Source: Eledone cirrhosa (taxonomy: Eukaryota). From it: 64,000 nucleotides of DNA. The notes beneath the pieces were generated by a model, which saw only the letters and a program-made list of their open reading frames with translations, was not told the origin of the DNA and searched no databases. The stretch lies in NCBI GenBank assembly GCA_964016885.1, contig OZ024742.1, forward strand, positions 315,456,001-315,520,000, in the 5' to 3' direction. Below, one piece after another: positions 51,907 to 64,000 of this stretch; the stretch's first letter is position 1; each line of letters begins with the position of its first letter. A program made the translations under genes and the position numbers.

Positions 51907-54900
51907 GTTAGAGTGTGTGTGACTGTCTGTGTTACAGTGTGTGTGACTGTCTATGTTAGAGTGTGTGACTGTCTGTGTTAGAGTGTGTGTGACTGTCTGA
52001 GTTAGAGTGTGTGTAACTGTCTGTGTTAGAGTGTGTGTGACTGTTTGTGTTAGAATGTGTGTGACTGTCTATGTTAGAGTGTGTGACTGTCTGTGTTAGA
52101 GTGTGTGACTGTCTATGTTAGAGTGTGTGTGACTGTCTATGTTAGAGTGTGTGACTGTCTATGTTAGAGTGTGTGTGACTGTCTGTGTTAGAATGTGTGT
52201 GACTATCTATGTTAGAGTGTGTGTGACTGTCTGTGTTAGAGTGTGTGTGACTGTCTATGTTAGAGTGTGACTGTCTATGTTAGAGTGTGTGTGACTGTCT
52301 GTGTTAGAATGTGTGTGACTGTCTATGTTAGAGTGTGTGTGACTGTCTATGTTAGAGTGTGTGACTGTCTATGTTAGAGTGTGTGTGACTGTCTGTGTTA
52401 GAGTGTGTGTGACTGTCTGTGTTAGAGTGTGTGACTGTCTATGTTAGAGTGTGTGTGACTGTCTGTGTTAGAGTGTGTGTAACTGTCTGTGTTAGAGTGT
52501 GTGTGACTGTCTGTGTTAGAGTGTGTGACTGTCTATGTTAGAGTGTGTGTGACTGTCTATGTTGGAGTGTGTGTGACTGTCTATGTTAGAGTGTGACTGT
52601 CTATGTTAGAGTGTGTGTGACTGTCTGTGTTAGAATGTGTGTGACTGTCTATGTTAGAGTGTGTGTGACTGTCTATGTTAGAGTGTGTGTGACTGTCTGT
52701 GTTAGAATGTGTGTGACTGTCTATGTTAGAGTGTGTGTGACTGTCTGTGTTAGAGTGTGTGTGACTGTCTGTGTTAGAGTGTGTGACTGTCTATGTTAGA
52801 GTGTGTGTGACTGTCTATGTTTGAGTGTGTGTGACTGTCTGTGTTAGAGTGTGTGACTGTCTGTGTTAGAATGTGTGTGACTGTCTATGTCAGAGTGTGT
52901 GTGACTGTCTGTGTTAGAGTGTGTGTGACTGTCTGTGTTAGAGTGTGTGTGACTGTCTGTGTTAGAGTGTGTGTGACTGTCTGTGTTAGAGTGTGTGACT
53001 GTCTATGTTAGAGTGTGTGTGACTGTCTATGTTAGAGTGTGTGTGACTGTCTATGTTAGAGTGTGTGACTGTCTATGTTAGAGTGTGTGTGACTGTCTGT
53101 GTTAGAATGTGTGTGACTGTCTATGTTAGAGTGTGTGACTGTCTGTGTTAGAATGTGTGTGACTGTCTATGTTAGAGTGTGTGTGACTGTCTGTGTTAGA
53201 GTGTGTGTGACTGTCTGTGTTAGAGTGTGTGTGACTGTCTGTGTTAGAGTGTGTGTGACTGTCTGTGTTAGAGTGTGTGTGACTGTCTGTGTTAGAGTGT
53301 GTGTGACTGTCTATGTTAGAGTGTGTGACTGTCTGTGTTAGAGTGTGTGTGATTGTCTGTATTAGAGTGTGTGACTGTCTGTGTTGGAGTGTGTGTGACT
53401 GTCTGTGTTAGAGTGTGTGTGACTGTCTGTGTTAGAGTGTGTGTGACTGTCTGTGTTAGAGTGTGTGACTGTCTATGTTAGAGTGTGTGACTGTCTGTGT
53501 TAGAGTGTGTGTGACTGTCTGTGTTAGAGTGTGTGTGACTGTCTATGTTAGAGTGTGTGACTGTCTGTGTTAGAGTGTGTGTAACTGTCTGTGTTAGAGT
53601 GTGTGTGACTGTCTGTGTTAGAGTGTGTGTGACTGTCTGTGTTAGAGTGTGTGTGACTGTCTATGTTAGAGTGTGTGACTGTCTGTGTTAGAGTGTGTGT
53701 GATTGTCTGTATTAGAGTGTGTGACTGTCTGTGTTAGAGTGTGTGTGACTGTCTGTATTAGAGTGTGTGACTGTCTATGTTAGAGTGTGTGACTGTCTGA
53801 GTTAGAGTGTGTGTAACTGTCTATGTTAGAGTGTGTGACTGTCTGTGTTAGAGTGTGTGACTGTCTGTGTTAGAGTGTGTGACTGTCTATGTTAGAGTGT
53901 GTGTGACTGTCTGTGTTAGAGTGTGTGACTGTCTGTGTTAGAGTGTGTGACTGTCTATGTTAGAGTGTGTGTGACTGTCTATGTTAGAGTGTGTGTGACT
54001 GTCTGTGTTAGAGTGTGTGTAACTGTCTGTGTTAGAGTGTGTGTGACTGTCTGTGTTAGAGTGTGTGTGACTGTCTGTGTTAGAGTGTGTGTGACTGTCT
54101 ATGTTAGAGTGTGTGACTGTCTGTGTTAGAGTGTGTGTGACTGTCTGTGTTAGAGTGTGTGACTGTCTATGTTAGAGTGTGTGACTGTCTGTGTTAGAAT
54201 GTGTGTGACTGTCTATGTTAGAGTGTGTGTGACTGTCTATGTTAGAGTGTGACTGTCTATGTTAGAGTGTGTGTGACTGTCTGTGTTAGAATGTGTGTGA
54301 CTGTCTATGTTAGAGTGTGTGTGACTGTCTATGTTAGAGTGTGTGTGACTGTCTGTGTTAGAATGTGTGTGACTGTCTATGTTAGAGTGTGTGTGACTGT
54401 CTGTGTTAGAGTGTGTGTGACTGTCTGTGTTAGAGTGTGTGACTGTCTATGTTAGAGTGTGTGTGACTGTCTATGTTTGAGTGTGTGTGACTGTCTGTGT
54501 TAGAGTGTGTGACTGTCTGTGTTAGAATGTGTGTGACTGTCTATGTTAGAGTGTGTGTGACTGTCTGTGTTAGAGTGTGTGTGACTGTCTGTGTTAGAGT
54601 GTGTGTGACTGTCTATGTTAGAGTGTGTGTGACTGTCTGTGTTAGAGTGTGTGTGACTGTCTGTGTTAGAGTGTGTGACTGTCTATGTTAGAGTGTGTGT
54701 GACTGTCTATGTTAGAGTGTGTGTGACTGTCTATGTTAGAGTGTGTGACTGTCTATGTTAGAGTGTGTGTGACTGTCTGTGTTAGAATGTGTGTGACTGT
54801 CTATGTTAGAGTGTGTGACTGTCTGTGTTAGAATGTGTGTGACTGTCTATGTTAGAGTGTGTGTGACTGTCTGTGTTAGAGTGTGTGTGACTGTCTGTGT

Positions 54901-57900
54901 TAGAGTGTGTGTGACTGTCTGTGTTAGAGTGTGTGTGACTGTCTGTGTTAGAGTGTGTGTGACTGTCTGTGTTAGAGTGTGTGTGACTGTCTGTGTTAGA
55001 GTGTGTGTGACTGTCTATGTTAGAGTGTGTGACTGTCTGTGTTAGAGTGTGTGTGATTGTCTGTATTAGAGTGTGTGACTGTCTGTGTTGGAGTGTGTGT
55101 GACTGTCTGTGTTAGAGTGTGTGTGACTGTCTATGTTAGAGTGTGTGACTGTCTGTGTTAGAGTGTGTGTAACTGTCTGTGTTAGAGTGTGTGTGACTGT
55201 CTGTGTTAGAGTGTGTGTGACTGTCTGTGTTAGAGTGTGTGTGACTGTCTATGTTAGAGTGTGTGACTGTCTGTGTTAGAGTGTGTGTGATTGTCTGTAT
55301 TAGAGTGTGTGACTGTCTGTGTTAGAGTGTGTGTGACTGTCTGTATTAGAGTGTGTGACTGTCTATGTTAGAGTGTGTGACTGTCTGAGTTAGAGTGTGT
55401 GTAACTGTCTATGTTAGAGTGTGTGACTGTCTGTGTTAGAGTGTGTGACTGTCTGTGTTAGAGTGTGTGACTGTCTATGTTAGAGTGTGTGTGACTGTCT
55501 GTGTTAGAGTGTGTGACTGTCTGTGTTAGAGTGTGTGACTGTCTATGTTAGAGTGTGTGTGACTGTCTATGTTAGAGTGTGTGTGACTGTCTGTGTTAGA
55601 GTGTGTGTAACTGTCTGTGTTAGAGTGTGTGTGACTGTCTGTGTGAGAGTGTGTGTGACTGTCTATGTTAGAGTGTGTGTGACTGTCTGTGTTAGAGTGT
55701 GTGTAACTGTCTGTGTTAGAGTGTGTGTGACTGTCTATGTTAGAGTGTGTGACTGTCTGAGTTAGAGTGTGTGTAACTGTCTATGTTAGAGTGTGTGACT
55801 GTCTGTGTTAGAGTGTGTGTGACTGTCTGTGTTAGAGTGTGTGTGACTGTCTGTGTTAGAGTGTGTGTGACTGTCTGTGTTAGAGTGTGTGTGACTGTCT
55901 ATGTTAGAGTGTGTGACTGTCTGTGTTAGAGTGTGTGTGACTGTCTATGTTATAGTGTGTGTGACTGTCTGTGTTAGTGTGTGTGACTGTCTGTGTTAGA
56001 GTGTGTGTGACTGTCTGTGTTAGAGTGTGTGTGACTGTCTATGTTAGAGTGTGTGACTGTCTGTGTTAGAGTGTGTGTGACTGTCTGTGTGAGAGTGTGT
56101 GTGACTGTCTATGTTAGAGTGTGTGTGACTGTCTGTGTTAGAGTGTGTGTAACTGTCTGTGTTAGAGTGTGTGTGACTGTCTATGTTAGAGTGTGTGACT
56201 GTCTGAGTTAGAGTGTGTGTAACTGTCTATGTTAGAGTGTGTGACTGTCTGTGTTAGAGTGTGTGTGACTGTCTGTGTTAGAGTGTGTGTGACTGTCTGT
56301 GTTAGAGTGTGTGTGACTGTCTGTGTTAGAGTGTGTGTGACTGTCTATGTTAGAGTGTGTGACTGTCTGTGTTAGAGTGTGTGACTGTCTGTGTTAGAGT
56401 GTGTGTCTGTCTATGTTAGAGTGTGTATGACTGTCTATGTTAGAGTGTGTGACTGTCTGTGTTAGAGTGTGTGACTGTCTGTGTTAGAGTGTGTAACTGT
56501 CTATGTTAGAGTGTGTGTCACTGTCTGTGTTAGAGTGTGTGTGACTGTCTATGTTAGAGTGTGTGTGACTGTCTATGTTAGAGAGTGTGTGACTGTCTGT
56601 GTTAGAGTGTGTGTGACTGTCTGTGTTAGAGTGTGTGTGACTGTCTATGTTAGAGTGTGTGTGACTGTCTATGTTAGAGTGTGTGTGACTGTCTATGTTA
56701 GAGTGTGTGTGACTGTCTGTGTTAGAGTGTGTGTGACTGTCTATGTTAGAGTGTGTGACTGTCTGTGTTAGAGTGTGTGTGACTGTCTGTATTAGAGTGT
56801 GTGACTGTCTATGTTAGAGTGTGTGACTGTCTGAGTTAGAGTGTGTGACTGTCTGAGTTAGAGTGTGTGTAACTGTCTATGCTAGAGTGTGTGTGACTGT
56901 CTGTGTTAGAGTGTGTGTGACTGTCTATGTTAGAGTGTGTGTGACTGTCTGTGTTAGAGTGTGTGACTGTCTATGTTAGAGTGTGTGTGACTGTCTATGT
57001 TAGAGTGTGTGTGACTGTCTATGTTAGAGTGTGTGTGACTGTCTATGTTAGAGAGTGTGTGACTGTCTGTGTTAGAGTGTGTGTGACTGTCTGTGTTAGA
57101 GTGTGTGTGACTGTCTATGTTAGAGTGTGTGTGACTGTCTATGTTAGAGTGTGTGTGACTGTCTATGTTAGAGTGTGTGTGACTGTCTGTGTTAGAGTGT
57201 GTGTGACTGTCTATGTTAGAGTGTGTGACTGTCTGTGTTAGAGTGTGTGTGACTGTCTGTATTAGAGTGTGTGACTGTCTATGTTAGAGTGTGTGACTGT
57301 CTGAGTTAGAGTGTGTGACTGTCTGAGTTAGAGTGTGTGTAACTGTCTATGCTAGAGTGTGTGTGACTGTCTGTGTTAGAGTGTGTGTGACTGTCTATGT
57401 TAGAGTGTGTGTGACTGTCTGTGTTAGAGTGTGTGACTGTCTATGTTAGAGTGTGTGTGACTGTCTATGTTAGAGTGTGTGTGACTGTCTATGTTAGAGA
57501 GTGTGTGACTGTCTGTGTTAGAGTGTGTGTGACTGTCTGTGTTAGAGTGTGTGTGACTGTCTGTGTTAGAGTGTGTGTGACTGTCTATGTTAGAGTGTGT
57601 GACTGTCTGTGTTAGAGTGTGTGTGACTGTCTGTGTTAGAGTGTGTGACTGTCTATGTTAGAGTGTGTGTGACTGTCTGTGTTAGAGTGTGTGACTGTCT
57701 GTGTTAGAGTGTGTGTGACTGTCTGTGTTAGAGTGTGTGTGACTGTCTGTGTTAGAGTGTGTGTGACTGTCTATGTTAGAGTGTGTGTGACTGTCTGTGT
57801 TAGAGTGTGTGTGACTGTCTGTGTTAGAGTGTGTGACTGTCTATGTTAGAGTGTGTGTGACTGTCTATGTTAGAGTGTGTGTGACTGTCTATGTTAGAGT

Positions 57901-60900
57901 GTGTGACTGTCTATGTTAGAGTGTGTGTGACTGTCTGTGTTAGAATGTGTGTGACTGTCTATGTTAGAGTGTGTGACTGTCTGTGTTAGAATGTGTGTGA
58001 CTGTCTATGTTAGAGTGTGTGTGACTGTCTGTGTTAGAGTGTGTGTGACTGTCTGTGTTAGAGTGTGTGTGACTGTCTGTGTTAGAGTGTGTGTGACTGT
58101 CTGTGTTAGAGTGTGTGTGACTGTCTGTGTTAGAGTGTGTGTGACTGTCTATGTTAGAGTGTGTGACTGTCTGTGTTAGAGTGTGTGTGATTGTCTGTAT
58201 TAGAGTGTGTGACTGTCTGTGTTGGAGTGTGTGTGACTGTCTGTGTTAGAGTGTGTGTGACTGTCTATGTTAGAGTGTGTGACTGTCTGTGTTAGAGTGT
58301 GTGTAACTGTCTGTGTTAGAGTGTGTGTGACTGTCTGTGTTAGAGTGTGTGTGACTGTCTGTGTTAGAGTGTGTGTGACTGTCTATGTTAGAGTGTGTGA
58401 CTGTCTGTGTTAGAGTGTGTGTGATTGTCTGTATTAGAGTGTGTGACTGTCTGTGTTAGAGTGTGTGTGACTGTCTGTATTAGAGTGTGTGACTGTCTAT
58501 GTTAGAGTGTGTGACTGTCTGAGTTAGAGTGTGTGTAACTGTCTATGTTAGAGTGTGTGACTGTCTGTGTTAGAGTGTGTGACTGTCTGTGTTAGAGTGT
58601 GTGACTGTCTATGTTAGAGTGTGTGTGACTGTCTGTGTTAGAGTGTGTGACTGTCTGTGTTAGAGTGTGTGACTGTCTATGTTAGAGTGTGTGTGACTGT
58701 CTATGTTAGAGTGTGTGTGACTGTCTGTGTTAGAGTGTGTGTAACTGTCTGTGTTAGAGTGTGTGTGACTGTCTGTGTTAGAGTGTGTGTGACTGTCTGT
58801 GTTAGAGTGTGTGTGACTGTCTATGTTAGAGTGTGTGACTGTCTGTGTTAGAGTGTGTGTGACTGTCTGTGTGAGAGTGTGTGTGACTGTCTATGTTAGA
58901 GTGTGTGTGACTGTCTGTGTTAGAGTGTGTGTAACTGTCTGTGTTAGAGTGTGTGTGACTGTCTATGTTAGAGTGTGTGACTGTCTGAGTTAGAGTGTGT
59001 GTAACTGTCTATGTTAGAGTGTGTGACTGTCTATGTTAGAGTGTGTGACTGTCTGAGTTAGAGTGTGTGACTGTCTGAGTTAGAGTGTGTGTAACTGTCT
59101 ATGCTAGAGTGTGTGTGACTGTCTGTGTTAGAGTGTGTGTGACTGTCTATGTTAGAGTGTGTGTGACTGTCTGTGTTAGAGTGTGTGACTGTCTATGTTA
59201 GAGTGTGTGTGACTGTCTATGTTAGAGTGTGTGTGACTGTCTACGTTAGAGTGTGTGTGACTGTCTATGTTAGAGAGTGTGTGACTGTCTGTGTTAGAGT
59301 GTGTGTGACTGTCTGTGTTAGAGTGTGTGTGACTGTCTGTGTTAGAGTGTGTGTGACTGTCTATGTTAGAGTGTGTGACTGTCTGTGTTAGAGTGTGTGT
59401 GACTGTCTGTGTTAGAGTGTGTGACTGTCTATGTTAGAGTGTGTGTGACTGTCTGTGTTAGAGTGTGTGACTGTCTGTGTTAGAGTGTGTGACTGTCTAT
59501 GTTAGAGTGTGTGACTGTCTATGTTAGAGTGTGTGTGACTGTCTGTGTTAGAGTGTGTGTGACTGTCTATGTTAGAGTGTGTGTGACTGTCTATGTTAGA
59601 GTGTGTGACTGTCTATGTTAGAGTGTGTGTGACTGTCTATGTTAGAGTGTGTGACTGTCTATGTTAGAGTGTGTGTGACTGTCTGTGTTAGAATGTGTGT
59701 GACTGTCTATGTTAGAGTGTGTGTGACTGTCTGTGTTAGAATGTGTGTGACTGTCTATGTTAGAGTGTGTGTGACTGTCTGTGTTAGAGTGTGTGACTGT
59801 CTGTGTTAGAGTGTGTGACTGTCTATGTTAGAGTGTGTGTGACTGTCTGTGTTAGAGTGTGTGTGACTGTCTATGTTAGAGTGTGTGACTGTCTGTGTTA
59901 GAGTGTGTGACTGTCTATGTTAGAGTGTGTGTGACTGTCTATGTTAGAGTGTGTGACTGTCTGTGTTAGAGTGTGTGTGACTGTCTATGTTAGAGTGTGT
60001 GACTGTCTGTGTTTGAGTGTGTGTGACTGTCAATGTTAGAGTGTGTGTGACTGTCTATGTTAGAGTGTGTGTGACTGTCTATGTTAGAGTGTGTGACTGT
60101 CTGTGTTTGAGTGTGTGTGACTGTCTATGTTAGAATGTGTGACTGTCTGTGTTAGAGTGTGTGTGACTGTCTGTGTTAGAGTGTGTGTGACTGTCTGTGT
60201 TAGAGTGTGTGTGACTGTCTGTGTTAGAGTGTGTGTGACTGTCTGTGTTAGAGTGTGTGTGACTGTCTGTGTTAGAGTGTGTGTGACTGTCTGTGTTAGA
60301 GTGTGTGTGACTGTCTGTGTTTGAGTGTGTGTGACTGTCAATGTTAGAGTGTGTGTGACTGTCTATGTTAGAGTGTGTGACTGTCTGTGTTTGAGTGTGT
60401 GTGACTGTCTGTGTTAGAGTGTGTGTGACTGTCAATGTTAGAGTGTGTGTGACTGTCTATGTTAGAGTGTGTGTGACTGTCTATGTTAGAGTGTGTGTGA
60501 CTGTCTATGTTAGAGTGTGTGTGACTGTCTATGTTAGAGTGTGTGTGACTGTCTATGTTAGAGAGTGTGTGACTGTCTATGTTAGAGTGTGTGTGACTGT
60601 CTGTGTTAGAGTGTGTGTAACTGTCTATGTTAGAGTGTGTGACTATCTGTGTTAGAGTGTGTGTGACTGTCTGTGTTAGAGTGTGTGTGACTGTCTGTGT
60701 TAGAGTGTGTGTGACTGTCTGTGTTAGAGTGTGTGTGATTGTCTGTATTAGAGTGTGTGACTGTCTGTGTTAGAGTGTGTGACTGTCTGTGTTAGAGTGT
60801 GTGTGACTGTCTGTGTTAGAGTGTGTGTGACTGTCTGTGTTAGAGTGTGTGTGACTGTCTGTGTTAGAGTGTGTGTGACTGTCTGTGTTAGAGTGTGTGT

Positions 60901-60993
60901 GACTGTCTGTGTTAGAGTGTGTGTGACTGTCTGTATTAGAGTGTGTGTGACTGTCTGTGTTAGTGTGTGTGACTGTCTATATTAGAGAGTGTG
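51907..60993. repeat. ~9.1-kb minisatellite array, unit GTTAGAGTGTGT(GT)GACTGTCTRT (24/22 bp)
   Basis: Directly visible tandem repeat, roughly 380-400 units by length, with recurring variant units. Confidence 0.99.
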
Positions 60994-61629
60994 AATGTGT
61001 GTTTGTTTGAAAGCTACAAACAAATATAAAACAAAACATAAAGGTTTTGAAATAACAAAAGATAACATCTATATGTGAGCAAAGACAATTGATATTACAG
61101 CAACACCACCAGCAGGGGTCTGCTGAATGTGATGCAATGCAATTCAGTGAGAAGAAATGCAACAGCTCAAGCAAAATTCATGCATTATTCAAGCTTCACA
61201 GAGACTTGTACAATGGACGGCTAGCTGTGAGGATGTATATGCAGCATTTTAATGCTGAAGTACATGTGCAGGATTCCTTTTTTTTATTTTATTTAGAGGC
61301 ACATGCTGCATTTTACTGTCTAGCAATAGATGAACACTTTTCATTGGCTAGGATAATAAAAAATATCCATTTGAATACACTAGGATCTTACATAGTGTTA
61401 ATAGTGACTACTTCTAGATAGGTACCCAAATCCAAATGTTTGTAGTGGGAAGTTAACTAATTTTTCTGATGCTAAATCACATTAATTTCATTATTATTAT
61501 TATTATTATATGAAACCACCCCTGGTTCTATGATAAAAAGCTGTTTATTTTAAAGTGTTTGGATTTATAATGAAATGTTTTAGTTTACTTGAATCATTGT
61601 ATATAATATATAGTGTGGGAAGTAATATA

Positions 61630-61860
61630 TGTAATAAGCCTCTCCAAGTATCGGTCGCTCTCCGACAGGTTTGTGGTTGTGCAGTGGAGAGTTCTGGTGT
61701 CCTTGACCCTAGGGCTACCTCCCTACTTACCACCATAGGTGCTGAGCTGGCTAGCCACAGGTGTGAGCCTCACGAGATGGAATGGCTCTTCCAGCGGATC
61801 TCCCTTACTATCCTCCGGAGAAACGCCATCTCCATTCTGTTCACCGGGGCCATGGGGTGG
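61630..61860 (+). mobile_element. CRE/R2-type REL endonuclease C-terminal remnant
   Basis: AVESSGVL...IGAELAS...EMEWLFQRISLTILRRNAISIL resembles the LFQRISIAIQRGNA end of CRE-clade ORFs. Confidence 0.65.
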
Positions 61861-62849
61861 CCAGCATGTGGGACCCCATTTGCTCATAATACAGAGAGAT
61901 AGAGTCAATGACTGCGGGAGTTTGGCTCTTCAGTGTTCGATCCTGGTGTACAGCATCAGTTGTCAGTAGGGAGGTTGTAAACAAATACATGACTATATTA
62001 TCAACAATTGATAAAGGCTAAACTATGCAAAATGGACAGTAAGATGAAGTCAACGAAAAAGTTAGCTACCTGGTAATTGTTTTTTTTTGTTTTATTTTTT
62101 GTTTCATCCTAGGACAAAAGAAACAAAAAAAAATTACCAGGTAACTAACTTTTTCATTACCTTCATCTTACTGTCTATTTTACATTGTTTGGCCTTATTA
62201 CATATATCACTTTCCACGTTTGAATTTATCTAAAAACTTTCCACCATATTTTTTGTAAAATACCAGCTTAATAATGGAAAAGTTAGTTATATTACTAAAT
62301 CCCTCCCTATTCGTCATTATTTTAAAAACAATTTGAAAATTTTAGCGAATATCTTTCAAGCAACACCGTATTATGAAAGCAGGGAAAGTTTCAGGTGGTT
62401 TAGTATCAAAAGAGTTACATTTGTGATTGGAACATAACTTATAAGTTTTTCACCTGAAATTATGGTGGAATGTTAATTTAGATATGAACATTTTAAAACT
62501 GTCATTTTTGTATCTTAAAACCAGAGGCAATCTTAGGTAGGTTTGTATCAAAAGGGCTATGTTCTGGAATAATCACACACACTTAAAAAATAAAATTCTT
62601 AAAAGCTTAAAACAGCTTAATCTAAATGGTGTATGACATATACATGATTGTCTAATTTATTAAGTACATTACTGAAGAAATACATCCCTGAATTATTCTC
62701 CTCTACTGGAACCTTCTAGGTGCAAACCCATGATCCGTCTTGACCAAAAGGGAACTTTTTCCTAATAATTTATTCTGTATCATTTTTATTTTTCAATGTC
62801 CTCAATATTTTGTCAATTTACAGGATAGTAAGATTAACGTGAGAGCATC

Positions 62850-63270
62850 ACACTAGAAAACCTTACAGTATCTAGTTTTGTCCTTATAAAGGTATATGTA
62901 GCTGAAATGGGTACCTCTGAATGCTTTTGGAGTAACATTACTAAGTAGAGTGTGTAGCTCAGAGATCAGTGAGTCACTACTTCTCCAAATTGAGAGATCA
63001 CAGTTCCGATACCATGGACGTGTGATCATAATGTCTAAGAAAAGAATCGACATGAAACGAACTGACATGAAAGCCAGGGGTAGATCCCAAGAAAGATGGT
63101 GGGCTAGCATCCATGACTTCGGCTGGTCTTGCTTGGAGATCTGCCAGATCAACTGGAGACTGTTGCTTCTGAGAGGACCCGTTGGAAGGCATGCTTGAGG
63201 ACTGCCCTCACAACACTCACAGAAATAAGTGGGTGGCAAAGGAGGAGGAGGAGCAGAAAATCATGATGAA
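62850..63270 (+). mobile_element. RTE-like LINE 3' fragment
   Basis: LLLQIERSQFRYHGRV...KARGRSQERW. Confidence 0.7.
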
Positions 63271-64000
63271 TTTGGAGGGATTTAGTAATATAACTTTCTC
63301 ATTATCAAGCGGGTATTTGGAGCAAAACTTAACAAAGTTTTTTTTACATAAAATTATGATTAAAGGGTTTTAGATAAATATAATCACTTTAAAGTAAATG
63401 GTTTTGTATAATAGAAAAAGGGGTAATTTCAGGCAGTTTGATATCAAAAGGGTTAATTTTGTATCGTCATTATCATCATACGCATTTTACATGTTTTCCA
63501 TACTGGCATGGCTTAGACAGGTCATTACAGACTAAGTCAATACATAATTGGAGTTACTGTCCTCACAGAGAGATCAAGGAACCACATGTCACCCAGTTAT
63601 GTTACATTTTGACAAGGTTTCTATATATGGATGCCAGTCCTATCACCAGCCACTTTACAGAGTGTACTGGTGTGTATTTTATCATGGTACCAGTACTAGA
63701 AAGTCTGTCAAGTCTTCTTTATCCATTGTTAGAATGATTTTTATGGCCAAATATCCTTTCTAACACTAACCACTTTGCAGAGTTTACTGAGTGCATTTTC
63801 TTTATTGTATCACTACTAGGGAAGTTGTCATGTCCTTGAAGTGACTGAAGGGTCCTTTCAACCCTATGCTGTTACTATTCAATCCCTACCATGTTATTTT
63901 AGTTGTTTTTCTTTTTCTTTGTTTTGTTTTGTTTTTTGCATTTGTTACTGTTTAGGTGCCCAGCTAGTGGGCTCCCATTTGTTCACAATAGTGAGAGATA

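Noticed and set aside
51907-60993. CRISPR array, telomere or VRVCVT repeat protein
   Set aside because: No unique spacers or cas genes; TTAGAG is not the TTAGGG telomere unit; ORFs are broken by the 22-bp units
61089-61421. 110-aa ORF as a gene or Helitron Rep fragment
   Set aside because: Only a faint QHFNA resemblance; no clear motifs or splice support

Overview
AT-rich, microsatellite- and transposon-dense animal genomic DNA. The repeat repertoire (tRNA-derived SINEs with RTE-like (GAT)n tails, long (TA)n tracts) suggests an octopus or other cephalopod; this is an inference. The one well-supported gene is a minus-strand SLC6 Na+/Cl- neurotransmitter symporter of the glycine-transporter (GlyT) type. 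I traced 14 GT-AG coding exons (47292 down to 29368) that join in frame to 630 aa plus stop; its start exon was not found. Weak plus-strand exon candidates at 13.1-17.4 kb may be the 3' end of a convergent gene. The rest is RTE, CR1, Tx1/L1, R4-like and CRE-like LINE remnants, two SINE families, TTAA (piggyBac-type) and TA (Tc1/mariner/pogo-type) MITEs, a (GGT)n minisatellite and a 9-kb 22/24-bp satellite with higher-order structure. The most notable unannotated signal is a set of type I hammerhead ribozyme motifs of the Penelope/retrozyme kind. One looks complete (13266-13443, with a ~140-nt stem II), and a family of fold-back elements in (TA)n tracts carries paired inverted hammerheads (22.3, 28.7, 49.3 kb). 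All calls were made by eye; no folding or database searches were run.
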